Origin: Alphaproteobacteria bacterium
GTDB lineage: Bacteria; Pseudomonadota; Alphaproteobacteria; JBFXJJ01
Direction of reading: 5' to 3'
Assembly (NCBI GenBank): GCA_050175015.1
Contig: JBFXJJ010000012.1
Span: 1 to 64,000 of the forward strand
Length of the DNA stretch: 64,000 nt
Shown: positions 48,837 through 58,832 of the stretch, one piece after another
Layout of the letters: every line of letters starts with the position of its first letter
Position numbering within the stretch: position 1 is the first letter of the stretch
Position numbers and translations under genes: made by a program
Notes under the pieces: generated by a model
Seen by the model: only the letters and a program-made list of their open reading frames with translations
The model's database searches: none
Told to the model about the DNA's origin: nothing

Positions 48837-50354
48837 ATGAAATCAGGGGAATCCTACGCTCGTTTAGAAAAAATATTTGATAGAATTAATAATCTTGAAG
48901 AGGCAGAACTTTATTTAAAATGGGATAGGTCAGCAATGATGCCTCCTGGAGGAGCAAGAAGGCGAACCGAACATATTTCAGAAATAAGACTAGTTATTGC
49001 CGAGATGCTTTCACAGCCAGAGGTCGAGGAATGGCTTGATGAAGTTGAGGCTGAGAAATCTAGCTTTGATGAATGGCAACAAGCAAATATAAGAGAGATG
49101 AGAAGACTTTGGCTCCATACCTCTTCAATTCCTGCCGATTTAGCAAGAGAATTCTCAAGTGTTTGTTCCAAGACAGAAAGCCTGTGGTATAACGCTAAAA
49201 AAAGCGGTAACTTTAACGATGTTATGCCAACTTTTGGCAGATTAGTTGATGTTATAAAAGAAATGGCAACAATTAAGTCTGAAAAATTCAATCTTACTAA
49301 ATATGAAGTTTTATATGATATTTTTGAACCCAACGGCAGTGAAGAAAACCTTGACCATATTTTTGGTGATTTAGAGGTTTTTCTCCCAGAATTTATTGAA
49401 AAAGTGAAAGTTTATCAGAATCAAAAAAACAATGGAATGAAGCCCCAAAAACCTAGAGGATTTTTTAGTGAAACGTCTCAGAAAAATTTAGGTATGCGCT
49501 TAATGGAGGCTGTTGGTTTTGATTTCAATCACGGCAGAGTAGATCCTGTTATGCACCCGTTTTGTGGAGGGGCGCCAGAAGATTTAAGAATAACAACTCG
49601 TTATGATACTGGTGATTTTACTAAGAATTTGACCGCCGTTATGCACGAAGTTGGCCACGCCATTTATAAATCTGATTTGCCTGAAAAATGGCGGACACAA
49701 CCCGTCGGAAAAGCTAGAGGCCAAGGAATACACGAAAGCCAGTCTTTAATGCTTGAAAGATTTATTGTTTATTCCAAAGAGTTTATGGATTTTGCCAAAC
49801 CACTATTTAAGGAGTATCTGAACGCTGACAACAGTCCTGAATGGAGTACCGAAAATCTTTGCCGTTGTTACCGCTGGGTTGAACCATCATATATCAGAAT
49901 TGAAGCTGATGAAGTTACGTATCCACTGCATATTATTTTGCGTTATAAGTTAGAAAAAGCTCTGATTTATGATCAAATAACAACCAAAGATGTTCCCGAA
50001 TTTTTCAATACGAATATGAAAAAACTTTTAGGGATAACTCCTCGTAATGATAAAGAAGGCTGTTTGCAGGATATTCATTGGTATGCTGGAGACTTTGGCT
50101 ATTTTCCAACCTATAGTTTAGGCGCAATTAATACGGCACAGCTATTTAAGGCAATATTAAAAGATTATCCCGATATTATGGAAAGAATTAAAAAAGGTGA
50201 TTTCTTAACACTTATGTCTTGGCTTAGAGATAAAGTTCATAGAAGAGCGTCATTGCTTCTCAAGAATGATTTAATTCAAGAAGTTACAGGCGAAAACTTA
50301 AATATCAACCATTATAAGGAATATCTTACACAGCGTTATTTGGGAGATGCATAG
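48837..50354 (+). CDS. M32 carboxypeptidase (Taq-type)
   Basis: HPF, RITTRY, HEVGH, HESQS, IRIEADE, QDIHW, GYFPTYSLG. Confidence 0.95.
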   Translation: MKSGESYARLEKIFDRINNLEEAELYLKWDRSAMMPPGGARRRTEHISEIRLVIAEMLSQPEVEEWLDEVEAEKSSFDEWQQANIREMRRLWLHTSSIPADLAREFSSVCSKTESLWYNAKKSGNFNDVMPTFGRLVDVIKEMATIKSEKFNLTKYEVLYDIFEPNGSEENLDHIFGDLEVFLPEFIEKVKVYQNQKNNGMKPQKPRGFFSETSQKNLGMRLMEAVGFDFNHGRVDPVMHPFCGGAPEDLRITTRYDTGDFTKNLTAVMHEVGHAIYKSDLPEKWRTQPVGKARGQGIHESQSLMLERFIVYSKEFMDFAKPLFKEYLNADNSPEWSTENLCRCYRWVEPSYIRIEADEVTYPLHIILRYKLEKALIYDQITTKDVPEFFNTNMKKLLGITPRNDKEGCLQDIHWYAGDFGYFPTYSLGAINTAQLFKAILKDYPDIMERIKKGDFLTLMSWLRDKVHRRASLLLKNDLIQEVTGENLNINHYKEYLTQRYLGDA

Positions 50355-50357
50355 TTC

Positions 50358-50885
50358 TTGAAAAGTTTTTATCCGACACCAGAAGAAAGAGCCGAGCTTG
50401 TTGTTAAAAAGCTTGAAATGGTAATTCGCAAAGGTCGTGATGAAACGGCTAAAAAAGTAGTTATGCCTGATCAGTCTGTCCATATGATGCAGGGGATATC
50501 GTATAAAAAATGGCAGGAAGCAGCTAAAGTGGAGATTGCATATGCCATAAGAAACGCCGTACTTGATGAAGTTAAAAGCAGTAGAATGATACAAGCATTT
50601 TTAATGATTGCGGGTTCGTGCTGTGCGACTTTAGGCTTTCTTGGAATTGGCGTGGTTTGGGGCAATATGCCTAAAATTTTGATTGCGGTTGCAGCGATTG
50701 CAACTGGAGCTTTTTTGCTGTTTTTAGGTCTTACATGGTTTGTAAGCGGAAGTATTGGCAAGATTATAAGCGACCAACGCAAAGCAAAAATAGCTAGAAT
50801 CAACAATCTTAATGAGCAGATAAAAAAAATGGAAAGCTATTTGCTTTCACGAAAAGATTATTTAAAAAACAACATAGATACTTAA
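50358..50885 (+). CDS. Hypothetical two-TM membrane protein
   Basis: Operon position between the M32 gene and thrC; two hydrophobic helices; TTG start. Confidence 0.7.
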   Translation: MKSFYPTPEERAELVVKKLEMVIRKGRDETAKKVVMPDQSVHMMQGISYKKWQEAAKVEIAYAIRNAVLDEVKSSRMIQAFLMIAGSCCATLGFLGIGVVWGNMPKILIAVAAIATGAFLLFLGLTWFVSGSIGKIISDQRKAKIARINNLNEQIKKMESYLLSRKDYLKNNIDT

Positions 50886-50896
50886 AAAACAGGTGT

Positions 50897-52312
50897 TTGA
50901 AAATGGATTATATCAGCACAAGAGGCAAAGCCAAACAGCTAGATTTTTGTGAGGTTTTACTTGAAGGACTGGCCACAGACGGCGGTCTTTATATGCCAGT
51001 TAACTGGCCAGATTTTTCTTTTGATAAAATTAAAAATTTGCAAGGACTTTCATATCAAGATTTAGCTTTTGAGATAATGCAGCCGTTTGTTGCGCCTGCT
51101 TTAAGCTATAACAAATTAAAAAAGGCTATTTATTCTGCGGTATCAAGCTTTAATCACAAAGCGGTTACACCTTTGATTCAGATTGGTGATAATGACTGGA
51201 TTATGGAACTATACCACGGCAAAACACTGGCGTTTAAAGATCACGCCTTGCAGCTTCTTGGACAGTTGTTTGATATTATTTTAGAAGATAAAAAGGATAG
51301 AGTTACGATTGTTGGGGCAACTTCTGGGGATACTGGTTCCGCAGCCATTGAAGCTTGTAAAAATTGTAAAAACGTTGATATTTTTATCCTGCACCCTAAA
51401 GGTCGTGTTTCTGATGTCCAGCGCAGACAAATGACAACAGTTGATAGTGCTAATGTCTTTAATATTGCGATAGAAGGCGATTTTGATGATTGCCAGAATT
51501 TAGTTAAAGCTCTGTTTGGTGATGAAGCTTTTCGCAGAAAACTTAAACTTTCTGCCATCAATTCTATTAATTGGGCAAGAATTATGGCTCAGATTGTTTA
51601 TTATTTTAGAGCGGGAACCGCACTTGGAGCTCCAGACAAGAAGCCTTATTTCGTTGTCCCGACGGGCAACTTTGGCAATATCTTTGCGGGGTTTGCCGCC
51701 CATAAAATGGGTCTGCCGGTATCCCAACTAGTTGTGGCATCAAACGCTAATGATATTCTGCACCGTTTTTTTGAAACGGCGGTTATGCAGAAGCATCAAG
51801 TCGTTCCATCATTGAGTCCGTCAATGGATATTCAAATTTCATCAAATTTTGAAAGATTGCTTTTTGAGATTTTTAATCGTGATTCATCAAAAGTCTGTTC
51901 GGTTATGGAGAAGTTTTCATTAAGCGGAAAATATGAAGTTGAATCAGAGGTTTTAAGCGAGACTAAAACCCTTTTTGCTAGCGGCAGATGCAGTGATGAC
52001 GAAACAAAAGAGGAAATTAAGCGGGTGTATCAAGAAACAGGCGTTTTGATAGATCCTCACACCGCAGTTGGAGTTTTTACGGCTAAAAAGTTAAAGGATA
52101 GAGATTTCAAAGAACCTCTTGTGGTTTTATCTACGGCTCACCCTGCAAAATTTCCTGATGCGGTAAAAGCTGCGACGGGAAAAGAACCAAAGCTTCCTCC
52201 CTTTTTAAAAGATTTGTTCATAAAACAAGAAAAATATATAACGCTTGATAAAAATATTGATAAACTGAAAAGCATTATTATCAGTAACTCTCGTGTAACT
52301 AGAGGCGAATAA
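50897..52312 (+). CDS. thrC: Threonine synthase
   Basis: YISTRG, GLATDGGLY, TLAFKD, ATSGDTGSA, NSINWAR, VPTGNFGN, TAHPAKF. Confidence 0.97.
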   Translation: MKMDYISTRGKAKQLDFCEVLLEGLATDGGLYMPVNWPDFSFDKIKNLQGLSYQDLAFEIMQPFVAPALSYNKLKKAIYSAVSSFNHKAVTPLIQIGDNDWIMELYHGKTLAFKDHALQLLGQLFDIILEDKKDRVTIVGATSGDTGSAAIEACKNCKNVDIFILHPKGRVSDVQRRQMTTVDSANVFNIAIEGDFDDCQNLVKALFGDEAFRRKLKLSAINSINWARIMAQIVYYFRAGTALGAPDKKPYFVVPTGNFGNIFAGFAAHKMGLPVSQLVVASNANDILHRFFETAVMQKHQVVPSLSPSMDIQISSNFERLLFEIFNRDSSKVCSVMEKFSLSGKYEVESEVLSETKTLFASGRCSDDETKEEIKRVYQETGVLIDPHTAVGVFTAKKLKDRDFKEPLVVLSTAHPAKFPDAVKAATGKEPKLPPFLKDLFIKQEKYITLDKNIDKLKSIIISNSRVTRGE

Positions 52313-53560
52313 ATGAACACACAAATTACAACCCTTGCAAACGGTATGCGTATTGTAACCGAATATATGGGCAACGTTGAAACCGCAACCTTAGGCGTTT
52401 GGGTTGATATGGGAACAAGATTTGAAACATCTGAATTAAACGGTATTTCGCATCTTTTTGAACATATGGCATTTAAAGGCACAGAAAGCCGAACTGCACA
52501 ACAGATTGTGGAAGAGATTGAAGATGTCGGCGGCTGGCTCAATGCTTATACCTCAAGAGAAGTTACGGCTTATTATGCTAAAGTGTTAAAAGAAAATGTT
52601 AAAACAGCCATTGATGTTATCTCCGATATTCTTCTTAATTCGTCTTTTCCTCAAGATGAGCTAGATAAAGAAAAAGAAGTTGTCGTGCAGGAAATTATGC
52701 AGAATTTTGATGATCCTGATGATTTGGTTTTCGACCATTTTCAAAAATTGGCTTATCCCGAACACTCTTTAGGTATGCCGATATTAGGTTCGGTTGATAC
52801 TGTTAGAAAGATGACTAGAGATAATCTTTTTGATGTTATGGCAAAAAATTATAAGGCTAACCGTATGGTTTTTGCCGTTGCTGGTAATGTTCAGCATGAA
52901 AAAGTTGTAGAAATGGTTAAGCCTTATTTCGAAAAGCTTACCGCTAGCAAAGAAGTTATATTAACTACGCCTCAATATCAAGGAGGGTATTTCTTTGAAA
53001 AACGTCCTATTGAGCAAGCTAATGTCGTAGTTGGATTTAATGGCGTTTCTTGTATGGAAGATGATTATTATACAGCATCGGTTTTTTCAACGGCTTTTGG
53101 TGGCGGTATGTCTTCAAGACTCTTTCAAGAAGTAAGGGAAAAAAGAGGTCTGGTATATACTATTTTCTCGAATACCTCAGCTCAAAAAGATTGCGGTCTC
53201 TTTTCGATTTATGCTGGCTGCGGGGTTGAAGAAGTTACAGAACTGCTAGATGTCGTCAGGGACGAAATTCTAAAAACCTCTAAAGGTTTTGATATTAAAG
53301 AAATTAAAAGAGCAAAAGCTCAAATAAAAGCTTCAATTTTGATGTCGCTTGAAAGTACATCTTCAAGAAGTGAACAATCAGCAAGGCAGCTTATGATTTT
53401 TAAGAGAATTATCGAGCCTCAAGAACTGGTTGCTAAGATAGAGGCGGTAGATAATTTAGCTTTGATTAATTTCGCAGAAAAGGTTTTTTCATCTAAACCA
53501 TCTGTCGCTATGATTGCTCCTAAGGAATCTGAAAAAGCACAGAGCTTTAGTCTTAATTAG
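52313..53560 (+). CDS. M16B peptidase (alphaproteobacterial MPP-like)
   Basis: HLFEHMAFKG (HxxEH), NAYTSRE, glycine loop GGGMSSRLFQEVREKRGL. Confidence 0.95.
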   Translation: MNTQITTLANGMRIVTEYMGNVETATLGVWVDMGTRFETSELNGISHLFEHMAFKGTESRTAQQIVEEIEDVGGWLNAYTSREVTAYYAKVLKENVKTAIDVISDILLNSSFPQDELDKEKEVVVQEIMQNFDDPDDLVFDHFQKLAYPEHSLGMPILGSVDTVRKMTRDNLFDVMAKNYKANRMVFAVAGNVQHEKVVEMVKPYFEKLTASKEVILTTPQYQGGYFFEKRPIEQANVVVGFNGVSCMEDDYYTASVFSTAFGGGMSSRLFQEVREKRGLVYTIFSNTSAQKDCGLFSIYAGCGVEEVTELLDVVRDEILKTSKGFDIKEIKRAKAQIKASILMSLESTSSRSEQSARQLMIFKRIIEPQELVAKIEAVDNLALINFAEKVFSSKPSVAMIAPKESEKAQSFSLN

Positions 53561-53693
53561 ATTTTTTAATTTTGCTTTATGGTAAGTCTTGGCGGATAAG
53601 TTTTTGCTTTTATTAAAAACAAGAGCAAAACGTTTTTAAAAATTCTTAATCTTGCGAAGTATTTTTGAATAATTAGAGTGCTATATGCTGCCC

Positions 53694-54269
53694 CTAAGCG
53701 TTACCGCCCGAAGATGATAACATCGAAGGGTCTATTCCTATTTTGGAATAAGCTGTTTCCCATTTTTTATCAACGGGGGTGTTAAACAGCAGTTCGGGAT
53801 CTGCGGGAAGGGAAATCCAAGAGTTTTGTTTTAACTCATTTTCAAGTTGTTCTGGAGCCCAGCCAGCATAACCTAATGCGATTAAAGCATTCTTAGGACC
53901 TTTGCCGTTGGCTAATTCTTTTAAAATATCAATTGTTGCGGTTAGGGCTATGTTATCATTTAAAAGAAGGGTTCCGCTTTGGCGGTAATCAGAACTGTGG
54001 ATTACAAAACCTCTAATTGTTTCAACGGGACCCCCATAAAGAACATCATTAATCAATATGTCTTTGGAAGGAAAAAGTTCAAGCTGCTCTAAAAGGTCAG
54101 AAAATGTAACCTGTTCAATCTTACGGTTAATCATAATTCCCATTGCGCCGTCTTTGGAATGAGCGCAAACAAAAATTACAGCATGTTCAAAGCGAGAATC
54201 TTCCATATTAGGAGTAGATACGATGCATTGTCCTGATAAAAAACTGTTATTGTTATTGTCTATATTCAT
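53694..54269 (-). CDS. YqgE/AlgH-family protein
   Basis: GAMGIMIN, GGPVE..RGFVIHS, LGYAGW..QLENE. Confidence 0.93.
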   Translation of the reverse strand: MNIDNNNNSFLSGQCIVSTPNMEDSRFEHAVIFVCAHSKDGAMGIMINRKIEQVTFSDLLEQLELFPSKDILINDVLYGGPVETIRGFVIHSSDYRQSGTLLLNDNIALTATIDILKELANGKGPKNALIALGYAGWAPEQLENELKQNSWISLPADPELLFNTPVDKKWETAYSKIGIDPSMLSSSGGNA

Positions 54270-54325
54270 TTTTTTACATAAATTGGTAAGTAAGCAAGAT
54301 TATTATTAAAGGTTTCGATATAAAT

Positions 54326-56869
54326 ATGAACAAAATATTACTTTTAAGCAAGCTTAATAAAGCAATAAAAATATTTTTTATTTTTTGTTTGCTGAGCTTT
54401 AGTTGCATTCTAAGTTCACACGCTGAGAACAGTAGTATATGGGATAATAAGATTTTTGCAGATGAAGATCTTTATGATAATGAAAAATTTGCCAAGTTTT
54501 TAAAAGATAATTATACCAACTTTTTTCAAGATGATTTAGGCGTTATCGAAAGAGAAGTTAGGGAAGAGCTGCCTAATGAAAGTGAAGAAAAAATAAAACA
54601 AGTTACAAATGATATTATTAAGCAAATCAATCAGCATTTTAATGACAGAAACAAAGAACTGTTTGATGATCCTGTTAAATTTATTCGTAAAAAGGTTTTA
54701 GCTGAAAATCCTAAAGCTACAGAAGAAGATATTTTAAAAGAAATAAAAAAAGCTGAAATTCTAACAAGGCTTTATGTCGAAATGGAGGAGTTAAAGCAGG
54801 AATATCTTAAAAATGAAGGGATTAAAGAAAGAAAAATTAAAAATCCATATATCAGAATCTTACCTAAAGTGCAGCAAGAACTGCAAGATGCTTTTGGACT
54901 TGGTTCCCAAGAAAAATATGAAGAAAGCCAAGAAAAAGCAAAAAGACTTAAGTTTAAAGAACAAGATCATCAACAAAAAATGGAAGGTTTTTTTGATGGG
55001 GTAGGTCTTGATGATTTTTTTGCTTATAATCCCTTAGAACGGAATCAAAAAGGAAGAGGTTTTGGCGAATGGCTTGATACAGATAAGGCAAAAATCAGGC
55101 TGCTTTCGACCAGAACTGGTTTTAATGAACCCCGCCCATTTTTTATCGGGCTTCATATTATGCTTAAAAATAGAGATGATGTTTTTCTGTGGAAATCTCC
55201 TGGAGACCTAGGGAAAGCCATGGAGCTTGATTTAAGTGGTTCTCAAAATATTGCATCTTGGCAAATTAAATGGCCTGCACCTAAGAGGTTTGAAAAAGAA
55301 GGAAAAACAACATTTGGATATAAGAATAAATTAGTGGTTCCTGTGTTAATAAAACCAGAACAAAGGGATAAAGATGTTGTTATAAAAGCTAAAATTAAGT
55401 TTGATGTTTGTGGTGATGACTGTCAAAGTTTTGAGGGCAGCCTTTCGGAAATAACAATAACAAGCGGTTTTTCTGCGCCTTCAAGTTTTAACACCATAAT
55501 TGAAAGATATGCTAAAGATGTTACTTATATCAAAACAAAATATTTAGATTTAAAAGACCTTTATTTAGATGAAAAAACAAAGTCATTGGTTGTTAAGGCT
55601 TCTTCAACGCAAGATAAAAACAATACGGATATTTTTGTTGAAAACGAAAGTGGTATCAAATTTTTAAAACCAACGGTTATGGTTAAGGGCGATGATATTT
55701 TCTATAGAATTCCTTATGATGAAAATACCCTTCCTGAGACAGGCATAACGGGTCAAAAAATAAAGCTCACAGCAACAAATGATATTTTTTGGTCAGAGAA
55801 AGAATTTGAAGTTAAAAAAACTTTCAGCCTTGATATTTTTTATCCTAATTTTTCGAAGCATCTTTTGATTTGGGCATTTCTTACAGGACTATTGCTTAAT
55901 ATCTATCCGCCGTTTTTTATTTTTAATTTAGATAGTTTTATGCTTTCGAGGTCATTTGGAGCATTTAAAAATATAGAGTTAAAGAAAAGATTTTTATTAA
56001 GAGCTTTGGGAGCCGCTCTGTTCTTTCCGATGCTTTGGCTTTTAGGCACCGTTTTGAGTTGTTTTGGATTTACGGTGGTTTGGAGTTTATGGTTTCAAAA
56101 TATCGGACTGCAAGTTGTCACTAGCTTTTTGATGTTGTTATGGTTTTTATATCGTGCTGGCTATTTTGCTAAAAAAGAAAAAGTCTCATTATATCTCGAA
56201 TTTTTAAAAGGTTTTATCGTCTCTTTATTGAGTGTGGTTTTAATTTCATACTTTATCGAGGACAAATTTAACTTTGCTTTTTTCTATGGCAATATGGGAC
56301 AGTCTTTTTGTATATTCCTTGCAATAGCCTTAGGTTTCATAGTTCCTCATATCTGGTTTGTTATGAAAATTTGGGACAATCCTAGGAATATATCAATGCA
56401 TCTTTCTTTTACACATTTGCAAAACCGAGGCGATTTCATTTCTTTTCTTTTAGTTTGCTGGTTTTTCGGTGTATCGGTTTTTAGCTACCTGTCATCTTTT
56501 TATACGGTTAACGACTGGGCTAAATATAATGACGAAGAGATAAGGACAGCTGTAAATGAGGATAAAATAGTTTTTCTTGAGGTTAGCTCTAAATATTGTC
56601 TTATGTGTAATATTGCTGATTTTCTTGTTATGGAGAGTCAGAGTGTAAAAAAATATTTTGATGCTAATAAAGTTGTTAGAATGCGTTCAGACTTATCAAG
56701 TGAACCTAATGAAGGCAAACTCATTTTAAAACGTTTTGCTGAAACCAAAGAACCACTTTATGCCTTTTTCTCGCCTAAATATCCAGACGGCTTTGTAATT
56801 GAGGGGGCAATAGGTGTTGATGTTATGAAAAAAATAATAGGGGATTTGGTAAAAAAGGATTTTGAGTAA
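54326..56869 (+). CDS. DsbD/ScsB-like thiol:disulfide interchange protein, atypical
   Basis: Signal peptide; WKSPGDLG, WPAPKRF and VCGDDC N-domain; TM bundle; thioredoxin CLMC; divergent from yqgE as in related alphas. Confidence 0.75.
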   Translation: MNKILLLSKLNKAIKIFFIFCLLSFSCILSSHAENSSIWDNKIFADEDLYDNEKFAKFLKDNYTNFFQDDLGVIEREVREELPNESEEKIKQVTNDIIKQINQHFNDRNKELFDDPVKFIRKKVLAENPKATEEDILKEIKKAEILTRLYVEMEELKQEYLKNEGIKERKIKNPYIRILPKVQQELQDAFGLGSQEKYEESQEKAKRLKFKEQDHQQKMEGFFDGVGLDDFFAYNPLERNQKGRGFGEWLDTDKAKIRLLSTRTGFNEPRPFFIGLHIMLKNRDDVFLWKSPGDLGKAMELDLSGSQNIASWQIKWPAPKRFEKEGKTTFGYKNKLVVPVLIKPEQRDKDVVIKAKIKFDVCGDDCQSFEGSLSEITITSGFSAPSSFNTIIERYAKDVTYIKTKYLDLKDLYLDEKTKSLVVKASSTQDKNNTDIFVENESGIKFLKPTVMVKGDDIFYRIPYDENTLPETGITGQKIKLTATNDIFWSEKEFEVKKTFSLDIFYPNFSKHLLIWAFLTGLLLNIYPPFFIFNLDSFMLSRSFGAFKNIELKKRFLLRALGAALFFPMLWLLGTVLSCFGFTVVWSLWFQNIGLQVVTSFLMLLWFLYRAGYFAKKEKVSLYLEFLKGFIVSLLSVVLISYFIEDKFNFAFFYGNMGQSFCIFLAIALGFIVPHIWFVMKIWDNPRNISMHLSFTHLQNRGDFISFLLVCWFFGVSVFSYLSSFYTVNDWAKYNDEEIRTAVNEDKIVFLEVSSKYCLMCNIADFLVMESQSVKKYFDANKVVRMRSDLSSEPNEGKLILKRFAETKEPLYAFFSPKYPDGFVIEGAIGVDVMKKIIGDLVKKDFE

Positions 56870-56948
56870 AGCTTTTTTTAAATTTAAGTTAAAGATGTTT
56901 GGGCTGCATTTTTCTTAAAGTTTAAATTTGTTTTACCGCAGCTTAGCT

Positions 56949-56960
56949 AAATATGCTCTA
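56949..56960. repeat. Partial solo copy of the MITE end
   Basis: AAATATGCTCTA equals the outer 12 bp of the TIR; lies in a convergent intergenic gap. Confidence 0.4.
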
Positions 56961-56982
56961 AAACGTCGGTGGCTTTTTAGGA

Positions 56983-57435
56983 TTAATCTAAAAATGTTTT
57001 AGCTTTATCTGAAGCTAATTTGTCGGCACGTTCATTTTCTGGGTGGCCATTATGCCCTTTAACCCATTGCCAATCAATAAGATGCCCCTCGACCAAGACA
57101 TCGAGTTCTTGCCAAAGTTCAATGTTTTTGACTTCTTTTTTGTTTGAAGTTCTCCAGCCTGATTTTTTCCAGTTTTGCAGCCATAAAGTAATGCCGTTTT
57201 TTACATAGGAACTATCTGTATATATGGTAATTTGGCATTTTCTTTTTAATACTTTAAGAGCTTCAATAACAGCTGTTAATTCCATACGATTGTTGGTCGT
57301 TTCTTTTGCACCGCCGCAAAGTTCCCTCTCTTTACCTCGGCAGCGTAAAATAGCTCCCCAGCCGCCAGCCCCTGGGTTGCCTTTACAAGCGCCATCAGTA
57401 AATATTTCAACAAAGTCTAAAGTTTCAGGTGACAT
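56983..57435 (-). CDS. rnhA: Ribonuclease HI
   Basis: [40 protein letters not shown]. Confidence 0.97.
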   Translation of the reverse strand: MSPETLDFVEIFTDGACKGNPGAGGWGAILRCRGKERELCGGAKETTNNRMELTAVIEALKVLKRKCQITIYTDSSYVKNGITLWLQNWKKSGWRTSNKKEVKNIELWQELDVLVEGHLIDWQWVKGHNGHPENERADKLASDKAKTFLD

Positions 57436-57448
57436 ATTTTTTTAGTTT

Positions 57449-57859
57449 TTATTCATAGTCAAAGTTATAATTACAAAAGGAGCAGCGTTTAGCAATAATA
57501 TTAGCTTCAGTACCGCATCTTGGACACATTTTTGAGGTTGAACTTATATTAATAATATTTGAGTTTGGTTTTTCCATATCTTCAAAAGGATCAGGCTCAC
57601 TTTGACTGTATTTTGATCCAATCTTTTTTTTCAGCTTGCTGTTTTGGTGTTTTTTTAATTTAGATGCAAGCTCTGAGTTTGGAGCTAAATCGTTTATGAT
57701 TGCCTGCATTTTTTCGGGATCAACATTGTCGATAATTTCCCCAATGTTTTTAATGTTTACTTTGTGAAAAACGTTTTTAATTCTTCTAATAATAAAAATC
57801 ACTACAAAAAGAATAAAGAAAGTATTGAGTATAAAAGGCATAATTACAAAAACATTCAT
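57449..57859 (-). CDS. Membrane-anchored protein with C-terminal zinc ribbon
   Basis: N-terminal TM; CPRCG..CSFC at the end. Confidence 0.7.
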   Translation of the reverse strand: MNVFVIMPFILNTFFILFVVIFIIRRIKNVFHKVNIKNIGEIIDNVDPEKMQAIINDLAPNSELASKLKKHQNSKLKKKIGSKYSQSEPDPFEDMEKPNSNIINISSTSKMCPRCGTEANIIAKRCSFCNYNFDYE

Positions 57860-57869
57860 AAGCCAGCTC

Positions 57870-58832
57870 CTAATAAATGCCGTAAGCTTCTGGGGTCATA
57901 ACAGCACGGTGAAACCTTAGTTTCATTAAGTATTCCGTTGGGTCTTTAACATTAACCAAAGCATCTTTTGGGGTGTTAATAAAGTCATAAAGTCTAGTTA
58001 GAAGAAACCTTAAAGCGCTGCCTCTCGCTAAAATTGGAAGAGCTTTGATTTCTGCATCTGACAGCTTTCTAATCTTGTTGTATTCCGAGAACATTTTTCG
58101 TGCCTTGGTGATATTAAAGGAAAAATCATCTTCAAAGCACCAAGCATTGAGCGTAATCGCCAGTTCATAAGCCAGAAAATCTGTGCAGGCAAAATAAAAG
58201 TCGATAATTCCAGAAAGTTTTTTTCCAAGGAAGAAAACATTATCAGGGAAAACATCGGCGTGAATAATGCCCTTGGGCAAATCTTGAGGCCAAAGTTTCT
58301 CGATTTCATTCAAATTATCGGCAATTTCTGCGGCAAGATTGGGGGCCACCTTGTCAGCATCATCTTTAGTTTTTTGATAGAGTTCGTGCCAGCTTTCAAT
58401 GCTCATAGAATTAGGACGTATCATTGTAAAATCTTCCAGAGCTAAATGCATTTTGGCCATAGCGCTTCCAAGTTCACCACAATGCTCTACGGTAATTTTT
58501 TTTGGAGACATCCCTTTTAAGAAACTAGATATTATTGTTGGTTTAGACGCTATTTCTTTAAGAATTGCACCTTTTTTATCTTTGATCGGTTCGGGACACG
58601 GAAAATTTTTAGTCGCCAAATGCTGCATCAAATTAATAAAGAAAGGGAGTTCTTTGGGATTAACTCGTTTTTCATAAATAGTAAGAATAAAATTATCAAC
58701 ACTGGTTTGAACTAGAAAGTTAGTGTTTTCAATTCCTTCTGCAATTCCCTTGTAGAATACGACTTCACCAATATTATATTGGCTAAAAAAGTCCTCCATT
58801 TCATCGTCAGAAACTTTAGTATATACCGCCAT
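57870..58832 (-). CDS. thrB: Homoserine kinase (type II, APH fold)
   Basis: MAVYT, GIAEGIENTN, IHADVFPDN, IDFYFAC, LRFLLTRL. Confidence 0.95.
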   Translation of the reverse strand: MAVYTKVSDDEMEDFFSQYNIGEVVFYKGIAEGIENTNFLVQTSVDNFILTIYEKRVNPKELPFFINLMQHLATKNFPCPEPIKDKKGAILKEIASKPTIISSFLKGMSPKKITVEHCGELGSAMAKMHLALEDFTMIRPNSMSIESWHELYQKTKDDADKVAPNLAAEIADNLNEIEKLWPQDLPKGIIHADVFPDNVFFLGKKLSGIIDFYFACTDFLAYELAITLNAWCFEDDFSFNITKARKMFSEYNKIRKLSDAEIKALPILARGSALRFLLTRLYDFINTPKDALVNVKDPTEYLMKLRFHRAVMTPEAYGIY

